Positions 42,446-52,799 of a stretch of 64,000 bases of DNA are shown here, one piece after another. Under the pieces are notes generated by a model. It had not been told where the DNA came from. It was given only the letters and a program-made list of their open reading frames with translations, and did no database searches. The stretch is from NCBI GenBank assembly GCA_000004985.1, contig GG738896.1. One strand, given 5' to 3'. The position numbers and the translations under genes are program-made. Origin of the DNA: Naegleria gruberi. Taxonomy: Eukaryota. The first letter of the stretch is position 1; each line of letters begins with the position of its first letter.

Positions 42446-44341
42446 TTATTGTTTTTTCCAAACTTTATTCAAATTTCTTTGCACTTTGTGCCACACAGAA
42501 ATTTGAAATGGAATAAATGCATTGTATTGTTCCATAACTCTTTTCAACCTCATACTCTCCAAATCAATATTCTTTGCAAAAAATCTATAACATGTAGCAC
42601 AATGCTTGGCAGCCTCAATCATTATTTCCAAATCTACCTTGTATTGTTTTTTCAAATGTTCATAGACATCTCCATTATGTTGCAAAAGTTCCAAAATGAA
42701 TTTCTTATCCAATCTAAATTTTTCTGGAATAAAAGGGAAGGCAATAGCATTCAATTTAATAGCTTCCGTAATGAATTCTCTGTCCATTTTCAATTCATCA
42801 TTTGCACATCTCATAAAGCGTCCATCCTCCCTTATCTTATTCAACATATCTCCTCTTTGGTCAATAAATATATAACCGTGGTTAAGGGCATGCTCAATCA
42901 TTTTCTGGTTCTCTCGTATTTCATTTGATGCCCAATTCAGAGCAAATACGTCTTGATTAACAGCTTCGTAGACTACTTCCCAATCTGACTTTAATTCAGT
43001 AGAGGCAAAACTGACTGCTCTACCACAATTTCTCACGGCTTCCAAGACTACTTGCCTATCGTTTAGCAATCTTGGAGAGGCAAATTGTAGAGTGTGCCCA
43101 TTCTTTGAAACTGCAGAAATTACCACCTCCTTGTCATCCTTCAATTCAGCACAAACACTCATCAACACAAAAGGGTTGAACTCAATGGCTTCCATCACTA
43201 TCGACTTATTTCTCTGTAAGGTAGAATCTACATACTGAAATGCAAAAAAATCTTGTTTAAGTGCTGCCAATACAACTTCACGGTCTGCTCTCAAGTTTGA
43301 AGGAACATATTGCAAACATATGCCTTGTTTCTGTACGGCCATCAATGCTAAATCCTTTTGTCTTTTCATAGACTCTGATGCCCAATAATAAGCAGTAGCA
43401 TCATGTTGCATAGCTTCCAGTACAACTGCTCGTTCTGAACGCAACTCGAGAGATACATACTCAAGTGCCCTACCATTTTGCTGAACTGCCTTAATTACAA
43501 TTGATCTATTTCCCTTCAGATTTTCTGATGCGTATGCGAGTGCATAACCATAATTCGTTACAGCTTCATACACTACTTCATAATCATTCTTTAATTCATC
43601 AGAGGCAAATTGTAGCACACCACCTGCTCTTTTGACGGCTTGCAATACCAGTTGCTTATTATTAGAGAATGCATGTAAATTTACATGTTGAAGCATGTAA
43701 GGTTCTTTTTGAAGAGTTGCCTCTACCACATCCAGGTCCAATTTTAATCTGTGGGAGGTATATTCATAGGCCATTGCATTTGATGAGATAGCTTGCAATA
43801 CAAACCGTTTGTCATCCTGGAAAAAAGGACCTGCATATGATAAAGCCAATCCATTCTGTGAAATGGCTTGCCATACAATTTCCTCATCAGTTCTAAATTC
43901 CACAGCCCCATTAAAGAGAATTTTACCATCCAATTTCACTGCATCCAACATTATTTCTCTATCTATTAGACTAATAGGCACATATTTCAGAATGGTTGCA
44001 TTCTCCTTTACTGCCTTTCGAATAAAATCAACATTTCCAAGCCAAACCATTGGGAAATATTGACAAATTTGGGGAAATTTCCGATAACCTACAAAAACAC
44101 TCTCCTCATCTCCTAGGAATTCAAGAGGAAGTGCCTTTACAGTTTCAGGATCTCGTTCAAAGAAGGCCTCTTTGGCAGTTAACCATTTTCTTCTACCCTG
44201 CGATTGATAATCGAATTTAATCTTTAGCTTTTGACGATAAATGTGATGCGAAGGATCATCTAGTATGACAATCACTTGTGGAGAGATCAGGGTTGTATAC
44301 TCCTTCTCGGAAGATTTTAATGATGAATTATTGCAAATCAT
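42446..44341 (-). CDS. tandem 25-residue repeat protein (at least 13 consecutive copies; DUF4116-like)
   Basis: Consecutive 25-aa units: LQFASDELKNDYEVVYEAVTNYGYA / LAYASENLKGNRSIVIKAVQQNGRA / LEYVSLELRSERAVVLEAMQHDATA / ... / VSFASTELKSDWEVVYEAVNQDVFA. 631-aa ORF. Confidence 0.6.
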   Translation of the reverse strand: MICNNSSLKSSEKEYTTLISPQVIVILDDPSHHIYRQKLKIKFDYQSQGRRKWLTAKEAFFERDPETVKALPLEFLGDEESVFVGYRKFPQICQYFPMVWLGNVDFIRKAVKENATILKYVPISLIDREIMLDAVKLDGKILFNGAVEFRTDEEIVWQAISQNGLALSYAGPFFQDDKRFVLQAISSNAMAYEYTSHRLKLDLDVVEATLQKEPYMLQHVNLHAFSNNKQLVLQAVKRAGGVLQFASDELKNDYEVVYEAVTNYGYALAYASENLKGNRSIVIKAVQQNGRALEYVSLELRSERAVVLEAMQHDATAYYWASESMKRQKDLALMAVQKQGICLQYVPSNLRADREVVLAALKQDFFAFQYVDSTLQRNKSIVMEAIEFNPFVLMSVCAELKDDKEVVISAVSKNGHTLQFASPRLLNDRQVVLEAVRNCGRAVSFASTELKSDWEVVYEAVNQDVFALNWASNEIRENQKMIEHALNHGYIFIDQRGDMLNKIREDGRFMRCANDELKMDREFITEAIKLNAIAFPFIPEKFRLDKKFILELLQHNGDVYEHLKKQYKVDLEIMIEAAKHCATCYRFFAKNIDLESMRLKRVMEQYNAFIPFQISVWHKVQRNLNKVWKKQ

Positions 44342-44640
44342 CTAGATCACAGTAGGTCGGCTTGCTAAAGTGAAGGAAATTTTTTTGTTGGTATCACAAT
44401 CACAAGTTTTGTTCCTCATCTTAATAATTAAAAACAACAGTCACTCTGATTCATCCGGAATGGCTAAAATCACCAGCATTAAAATCATTGTTATCGTCAT
44501 GGATATTCAGTGGCGGTCCTAATAGCATGATGTAATAATTAAACCACTTGAATCATCGGATCATATTCATCCAATTTTATTGTTCATATCAATTTGAATC
44601 ATACTGTTCTAATCATAACATACATTCTATATCATGAGAT

Positions 44641-47600
44641 TTATAAATCATCTAATTTGTTTGTTGTTCTCTTTCTCTTTAACACCAAAGCAATTACAAC
44701 AATAATTATCATCAGGACACTAAGCAGAACACAACATCCACCAATACTTCCCACAATAGCTCCAATTAAGACTGCAGAATTATCTGTCACAACTCCAGAA
44801 CCTTTAGAAGGTGATTCCTTCTTATAATTTTGATCAATGACAACAATGGAACGTTCAAGACTGTATGTGTTACAAGTTACTGAAACTGCCTTGTCAGTTG
44901 AAGTTTTAGTCTCAATTCCATCTGATTTCCATTCCTTTGCAGTTTCGTCGAAATATATGCAGGAAACATTCAAATTTTCATTGTTGGAAATAGTCAAATT
45001 TTCGAAGAGTATGGCAACTGGATCTGCAAGGTTTTGAACTGGTATTTTCTGTCCAGAGTTTGCTTTAGCAATCACAGAAGAAACAATTGGCGAAACAAAT
45101 CCCAAAGTTTCTGATGATATGGTTGTGGTTGATAATGAGCTCAACACAACAACTTCCTCATTCTTCAATGAAGGATCAATTCCTTCCAGATATACAGACA
45201 TTGTTGGAGGTAGGTTAATTTTGACAGATGGTAGCTCAATATTTCTGGAGTTCAATAGAGTGATATCCGAAACTGGTGTAATCAACGTTTCTGGAGCATT
45301 GAAAATTGGAGAAGTGCAAATATGTGCAATGGTCAATACTGTGCAAATATTTGGGGTAGAACAATCAGATCCCATGTAGCCAACCTTACAGGCACAATTA
45401 TTAAAAGATTGACAAATTCCATTTCCAGAACAAACTTTCGAATCAGTTTCGGCAAAACCAAAGCATGTTGTCTGGTTACTGCAAATCATTCCTTGAGAGG
45501 ATTGAGTAAGGAAGTATCCTGAATCTTTACAGTATGGTGTTAGCATTCTAATTCTATTATTTCCTCTATCGACAAATAGAATTCTGTCGCCCTTCAAAAC
45601 TGTCAAACTTAATGGATCATTGAGTAAAGATATCTTTGCATTGGAAGAATCACCGTTCAATCCTAATTGTAAGAATGATCCTGCAATCAATGAAATCTGT
45701 CCAGTCAAATCAACCTTTCGAATAACATGTCCTTGTCTTTCAGCAATAATCATTTCACCATTCGAAAGGAAAGCAACAGAAGCTGGTGCTTTCAAATAAG
45801 CAGAAGTAGCAGGTACATTATCGATTAGTGAGGTTAAAGTTGTTGAACCATTACCAGCAATTGTTGTAACCATTCCCATTTCAGATAAACTTGTTTTTCT
45901 TATTCTAAAGTTAATGGTATCGGCAAAAACGAGTTCATTGTTATGAAATTGCATATCTAGAACAGTTCTAATATTGGTTTGATTTGCTAGGTTATCTCCG
46001 TTATATCCATTCACATAACCACCAACAACTGAATCAATAAGTCCAGTCGAAAGTGAAATTTTACGAATCTTGTACAGAGTATCAGAAAAGTACAAGTAAT
46101 CTCCAAGTATTTTCATGGAATAGACAGTTCTGAGTTTGGCATTGATTGCAGGTCCCTTATCACCAATTCCACCTGCAATCGTCTGCACATTTCCAAAAGA
46201 AGAAATCTTTCTCATCAATAAATTCTTACTATCAGTAAAATAGAGCTCATTACTGAATGGAGATATAGAAACACCCAATGGTTGATTCAAATTTGTTGCT
46301 AGGGCGCTTTGGTCACCATTTGAAACTGTTAAGCCTGTTCCAGCAATGTTATAAATGATGGAACTTTCAAAATCCATCTTTTTTATGACATTTTGTCCTT
46401 TGCAATAAATAAATCTCCTTTTGGTGAGAATGTAATGAATCCTAAAGAACCGAGAGAAGTCGAGTTGGCCAAACCAGTTGTACTCCAAATGGAAGTTCCA
46501 TTCACACCAGCTACATTGTAAATAATTTGATTGTTGACATTAATTTTTCTGATAAGATAATTCACACTATCTGAGATGAAGAGCTCACCTGTAATTGGAT
46601 GAATGGAAAGTCCGTAAGGTGAAATATTTGAAATGGAAGCTGGCATTGCATCGCCATTATATTCAGAGAGACCACTTCCTGCAATTGTTGAAATTATTCC
46701 AGTACTATTCGAAATCTTTCTAATAACCTTATTTCCAAAATCAGCAATGAAAACATCACCTGTACTAGCGTTATAAGCAACATCTGTTGGATGATTCAAT
46801 TGGGCACTTGTTGCCAATTGACCATCTCCAGAATATCCAGCTAATCCTCCAGCAATAGTTAAAACTTGTTTGCTACTTGCCAAATATTTTCTTATTCTAT
46901 TGTTATTGTAGTCAGCAATAAGCAAATCACCATTTGGAAGAACAGATAATCCTAAATTTGAATTGAATTGTGCAATTGATGCATTTCCATCTTTAAAACC
47001 AGCTATTCCATTTCCAGCAATTGTTGAAATAATTCCAGTTTCGTGGTCAATCTTACGAATTGCATGATTAATTGAATCACAAATGTACAAATCACCATTT
47101 ATAGCAAACGCCAAACCAGCTGGTTCATTCAATTGGGAGGCAATCGAATTGAAATTGTCACCTGCCAAGGTTGAAACTGAACCTGCCACTGTCGAAACTC
47201 TTTTATCCTTCTTTGAAACTTTCAATATTTTAAAGGTTGTTCCAATAAACACATCTCCTGATATTTCAGATTGCGTAACAGAATAAGGATAATTCAACGC
47301 AGTTTCATTTCCCAATTTACCATCAATATCATCTTGAACAAGACCTACAACACCAGCCACTGTTTCAATGAGTGAACTACTTTCAATATTACTCAATGAA
47401 TTTACTCTCAACACTCTATAATTATTGGTATCGGCAATTAGTAATTCATCTGTTTGATTATTATAGAAGGAGGTATAGGGTCTTTTAAGAGCTATTGTGG
47501 ATTGGTAGCCAGAGGTGCCACCTGTATAGATTTCAGAGCCATCTCCTGCTATGGTGTTGATAATGTTGGTTGTCAAGTTAATGTGTCGAATTCTGTTATT

Positions 47601-48629
47601 TGAAGCATCAGCAATATATAATTTTTTTCCATAAATGGCTAAACTTGTAATTCCATGAAAAGTTGCATTTAATGCATTTCCTCCATCTCCACTAAATCCT
47701 GGAGTAATTCCTGCATTATTGGCAATAACAGTTCGTACACCATTTGAAAATTTAACAATTTGATCGTAAGTTGCTTCTGCCACATACAAATCTCCATTCG
47801 AATCAAATACGATTCCTTTAGGTCCAAAAGACGAAACATAGGTATAAACACTGCCATTATTTGCAATGTACTTGATTGCATTATTGTCAAAATCAGAGAA
47901 ATACATTTCACCACTCACAGGATTGAAGACAATCGCCCAAACTTCACCAACATTCGAATATAAAGCCAAAGATCCCTCAGCACTGTTTCCCTTCACACCA
48001 CTACCAACAATATTGTAAATGATTCCATTGACAACCTTTCTAATTCTATAATTGTAGGTATCACAAATAAAAACATCACCATTCGAAACTGGAACGACAC
48101 ATCTTGGTTGATTCAATGAAACAGATAATGGAGAAACACCAGAAGATGAAGAGTCGAATCCACCACCTGCGAATGTAACCATGTTGTAATTGTTGATGGT
48201 AGAATTAAAATAAACCTTTCGAATTCGAGCATATTCAGCAATATACAGTTCTCCATTCGAATTCAGAGCAACACTACTCGGTGTCAACAATGTATCATTA
48301 GCGAGAGTGAAATAACTGCTTTCTCCTGCTGCCAAAGTTGGTGATCCAGCAGCGAGATGTGAAAAACCATTCGAATCAACATATCTTACCTGATGATTGT
48401 ACATGTCAGAGAAATAGACATTCCCATTCAATGGTGAAACAGCAACGCCAAGTGGGAAAGTCATGCCAACTTGAGTGGCCTTGACTCCCTCTCCGTACAT
48501 TTCTCCCAACAGTGTGGTTAGTTTGAAATCGACAGGTTTAGTTTGAGAAAAACATCTGACTGTCCATGCAAAACAAGAAATCAACACAACAACCACAAAC
48601 AGATTTACAGGTTGTAAGGTTTTCATTTT
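44641..48629 (-). CDS. NHL-repeat beta-propeller(s) + EGF-like module + Ser/Thr stalk + single TM; one gene interrupted by a frameshift near 46390
   Basis: The upstream ORF (..48629 to 46383) has a signal peptide MKTLQPVNLFVVVVLISCFAWTVRC and many NHL units (GDLYICDSINHAIRKIDHETGIISTIAG...). The downstream ORF (46488 to 44641) continues the same repeat (NVIKKMDFESSIIYNIAGTG...), then has an EGF module CSGNGICQSFNNCACKVGYMGSDC, a TM helix LIGAIVGSIGGCCVLLSVLMIIIVVIALVL and a KRKR tail. The two ORFs overlap in different frames across an A4 run (GACAAAATG). A single added A would restore one continuous repeat: FIAKDKNVIKKMD. Confidence 0.55.
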
Positions 48630-48993
48630 TTTGGAATGATATGAGAATCTGAATAGATTCGTTATTGTCGTAATAAAAGATTTTTTTGGAATGATAGAGG
48701 TGATGATTGTTTCACTCGCCATTACCGGGAAAAAATATATTTAATCCCAAGGTTACACATTGTTTTACTTACAACCCTAAAATGAGAAATTATTGTCGTT
48801 TTCAATTCTTACTACCCTATCGTCAGTATGGTGAATTGAGCCAAATTGCTCAAGTATGGTAAATTGAGCCAAATTGCTCTTGGATTCGGCAGGTATTCTC
48901 CATTGTAAATTGATTCTGTTGGTAGAATCTCCACTTACAATAATTGCAATAATTGCGCTCATAATTATCAATCTCTTTAATCCATTCCAACAT

Positions 48994-51919
48994 TTATTGT
49001 TGTTCTTGTTTAATTTTCTTTGTTGGAGGTTCATTGCTAGCTGATGCTTCTGCTGGTCTACTGTTTGGTTTCTGATCTGATAGGATGCCATATTGTAAAA
49101 GGGTTTTGAGTATTTGTTCAATTGCTGTCGAGAGTGATTTCTTAGATTCTGGACTTTTAAGAACTTTGGTCAATCTTAATGTTTGTGGAGATCCTCTGTT
49201 CAATATAATAAAATAGGTCATAATTACAATTAGTTGGTAAACTTACTTTTTGATGGTTTCCTTTTCAATGTCAATTGCATTTCGCAAGATTTGTTCGACG
49301 TGCTTCCTTGACTGTTGCTTTTCCTTAAAATTAAAAACAGTTTCAGAAGATTCTATAAATTGCTTCACTTTCAGACAACTATTGCATGTACAAGTAACAG
49401 GAATATGTGTAAATTTCCACTTGTTGGTATCACCCAAATTGAATTCTGTAAGGGATTCATTTGTTGAATTAGCAGCATTGTGTAATAGCTTGTAGCTATG
49501 ATCCAAAATGATTCTAAATCCTGATCCAGTCCAGAAACATTCATTTCCATTATTTTTGGCTAGTCCTTCAACCAATTCATACATATTATTTGTCGAATAA
49601 TTTTTGTTTGCAACAATAGCCTTTGAGATATTCATCTCATCTTCAGTTTTTCCAAGCTTTCTACATAATGTCAATAACTTTACACTGTTAAGTATAGAAA
49701 TATCCTTCTTTTGCATTTCTAATATTGCTTCAAACAATTTACTAGCCAAAAATTGTTCTTCCTTTCCATCCTTTACCAATATATTTTCCAAAACAGAAAT
49801 CAATGAAGGCATATTCTGGGGTCTTAATGTTGATAACGATTGGGAGAGAAGTGGAGAGATTTGTTCCAATCCAAAATGCTTCATAACTGGTATACATTGT
49901 TCAACATTAGCAATGGTAATAGAATATGAGCCAAAAGCAGTCTTGAAAACCTTAGGGCATAATTCAATTCTATTCAATCGGATGATAAGGTCGGCAGAGA
50001 AAGATGTATTATCATTCTTAAGGGATGCATTTACGAATTGGGTAATTTTTTCAGAGGTGGAGGGATACTTGTCCTTGATTCCTAAAAGCAAAACAATTGC
50101 ATCCGATTTGATTCCATAATAAGTGGAAGCAGCTATCATTGGAATATTTGATATAAATTTTTCAATCCATGTTGGTTCCTCTAATTCTAAAACCAAAGAT
50201 GCTATTACTTCAATTTCAGATGAAGTACTATATGAATGCTTGAAACATTTTTCAATATACTTATCAAATAAAACCTTAAAATTCTCAACACCATGATGTT
50301 TGATTAATGTGGTAGCTATTTTAGCCTCTTGTATATGTCCCAACCCTCCACCAAGCCATAATCTTTCTATAAACTTTAAGCTCAATGGCAAATAGGACAG
50401 AGCTATACAAGCTTCAAGAATATCTTTAGACTCAATATTATATGTGGAATTACATTCAGAATCTTCAGAACAAGTAAGTTTTGATGATGTTAGGGCCATT
50501 AGCAAACGTCTCGTATTTTCATGAGGGTTTTGTTTGAATTTTTCTAAAAGTTCTGTAACTTTGTCTTTGTGTTCCAAAGATTTCAATTCGTTTGGAATCA
50601 TAATAATACAAGCACTTTTGTACCATCGTTCAATCGTAGCTCCCTCATTACCAGTTGTTTCAATCTATTTAGTTTTGGTAAAGTTGTTACAAATTATTGA
50701 AACTTACATCTCTATTTTCTTCTGGCATGCTTCTTCTTACATCATCTGGAAAGATTTCATCCTCCATCAAATGAATTTTCTGATTAATTGGTTGTCCAAC
50801 AACATGACCTTGATAATACAATTTGGTTTCTTCAATATCCCTTACAGTAGATCCACAGGATCTTTCATGCTTTTCCAAAATTGCCAAAGATGTTTCCACG
50901 TTTGGTATTTGTTTAAGTAATTGATATATGGCTTCATCTTTGCCTTTTAGCAATTCAGGAGTTAAACCAGCAGTGGAATATTTGTGGTCCATAACATAGC
51001 AAAGCTTGGAATACATTGGTGCTTCTAACCATGATTTTACAATGGTCTCAATTTGTTTCAATTGAGTATCACTATCAAAAGCTTGAATTTTGTCGGCACC
51101 AGAGTATACCAAATTATAAATCAAAGCTAATCTATATCCAGATTTAACAGTCTCAACCTTATGTGAAACATCACAATAAAAGCTCACATAATATGGATTA
51201 AAAGTTGCATCTTCCGAAGTCTTGTAAATATTTTCTTTTTCTTTATGTCTTACAACTATTTCACCTCCTGTGAAAGAGCTTGGCAATTGAACAACTAGAG
51301 TGGCAATCATACCATTTTCCTTCTCAGTATCTCTATGAAAATCAAAGAATCCTCCTTCTTCATATAATAACATTTTGTAAAGAGAAAATCCAATTTTCTT
51401 TTCTTGTGCAATTCCTAAATCCTTTTTCACATTATTATTAACCAAATCCTCAATTAAACTATTCCACTTTGGATTTGTTATTTTAAATCTCTGTGGATCC
51501 AATTGCCATGATTTTCTAACAGACTCATCATAAATAGTTTTATCCAATCTTCCAAATGGGCTCATTGAGCAATTTTTAATCAAGTCCTTAGCTTGTTCCT
51601 CATAAATTATCGGAAGTGGCAAAGGCTTATAAACTCCTGATTCTTGTAAAATTTCAATAGCAGGTATTGAATATTCAGCACTTAATTTTCCACCAGTTGA
51701 AAAATCACCACTTCTGTCTGTGCTATTCATCACTTGTATGAGTTGTTTTTTAATATTTACTTCGGGAAGTGATTCCGCAATCGTTTCACGGATGATGATA
51801 GGAAGAGAAGCTACTGGACCTTGTCTAGTGTACTCTTCTTCCGAATCATAGGAACATGCGTAATCATCAGAATCATCAGAATCAAAGAAAGTTCTTTGAG
51901 CACTTTGTCGGTTGCCCAT
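48994..51919 (-). CDS. N-myristoylation-motif (MGNRQS) 2OG-Fe(II) oxygenase domain protein with a long alpha-helical C-terminal region; three exons
   Basis: Exon 1 (~51919..50688) carries the HxD...H...R oxygenase motifs FHRDTE, CDVSHKV and SGYRLAL. A 43-nt GTAAGT...TAG intron (~50645..50687) joins ...EENRD to IETTGNEGATIERW... in frame with ORF 49243..50601. A 51-nt GTAAGT...CAG intron (~49195..49245) joins ...ETIKK to GSPQTLRLTKVLKSPESKKSL...KKIKQEQQ, and the stop is at 48994. Confidence 0.6.
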
Positions 51920-52027
51920 TTTTTTTTGATTTTTTTTTAAATAATAAATAATGCGTTAATCTGCTTCAAACTGTTAATGTGATCATATTTCTTTTAACTT
52001 GATTGTAATCATTGGAACTGGATTGCC

Positions 52028-52679
52028 TAGACGGTGGGCAGTGCCATGTATTCGTTGTTCCAACCAAATTTTTTTAGAGTCGAGGCCAATTTATAAATAT
52101 TTTAATATTATTTATTCTTCTGATGATATTCTGATCCGCTGGTAGTATCGTCTTGGCAAATTCTTGGAAAGCTTTTGGAGTTTATGGTTTGATGGTTGGT
52201 ATTTCATCATCAACAGGATTTCCTCTTTTTGTTGCCAATTTCTTGGTTTCTTTGTTGGGTTGGAGATTTAGATGTAAGAAGAAGATTCCACCAGTCAAAG
52301 AAACTTCCTGATGATGGATGGGTTGTTGTATTAATTTTCTAGCCAACTGCCATGTTGTTCAGTTGCTTCCAAATACCAGCTTGTGATTGGACATTGTAGC
52401 CAGTAGACAAAATCTCTTAATTTTTTTAAATTTTAATTTAACGGTTTTTAATCAGCCAAATGTCAAAGCAACGGATCTTCTGTGGCTCGACTTGTAAATT
52501 TTTTTGTCTGACCCGGCTCGACTTGTAAAAATTTTTGTCTGACCCGGCTTGACTTGGAAATTTTTTAGCCTGACCCGGCTCGACTTGGAAATTTCGCAAG
52601 TTCTGCATAAAATGCCTCTGGCTCGACTTTGAAATTTTTACTCCCTGACCCGGCATTTTACATCACTGACCACCGTCTA
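52028..52679. mobile_element. non-autonomous TIR DNA transposon (MITE, hAT-like by 8-bp TSD), 652 bp
   Basis: The left end is TAGACGGTGGGCAGTGCCATGTA (52028..). The reverse complement of the right end is TAGACGGTGGTCAGTGATGTA (..52679). The element is flanked by identical direct repeats GGATTGCC at 52020..52027 and 52680..52687. It has no coding capacity and contains an internal tandem array. Confidence 0.6.
52478..52640. repeat. tandem repeat (~31-36-bp unit, 4-5 copies) inside the MITE
   Basis: Units GGCTCGACTTGTAAATTTTTTTGTCTGACCC / GGCTCGACTTGTAAAAATTTTTGTCTGACCC / GGCTTGACTTGGAAATTTTTTAGCCTGACCC / GGCTCGACTTGGAAATTTCGC... / GGCTCGACTTTGAAATTTTTACTCCCTGACCC. Confidence 0.6.
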
Positions 52680-52799
52680 GGATTGCCCATAAATTCAGTG
52701 TAATGGAATGGCCGTTGCTTTCGAATATCTTTATTTTTAAATCCAACAGTGTTTTTAAAGGAATATAAAAATGATTAAGGGTTTCTTACGTGGATTATT

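Noticed and set aside
48777-49121. 114-aa ORF overlapping the last exon of the oxygenase gene in another frame
   Set aside because: The alternative frame (48994..49221) splices in frame to the upstream exon via a GTAAGT...CAG intron and ends the gene. The overlapping ORF has no motif and an atypical composition.
52478-52640. Possible CRISPR array (direct repeats about 31-36 bp)
   Set aside because: The repeats are contiguous with no unique spacers. The context is eukaryotic (spliceosomal introns, polyubiquitin, Pol III tRNAs) and no cas genes are present. It is a minisatellite inside a transposon.
52438-52656. 72-aa ORF inside the MITE
   Set aside because: It is read across the tandem repeat array, which gives a repetitive peptide. 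Nothing supports it as coding, and non-autonomous elements of this size carry no genes.
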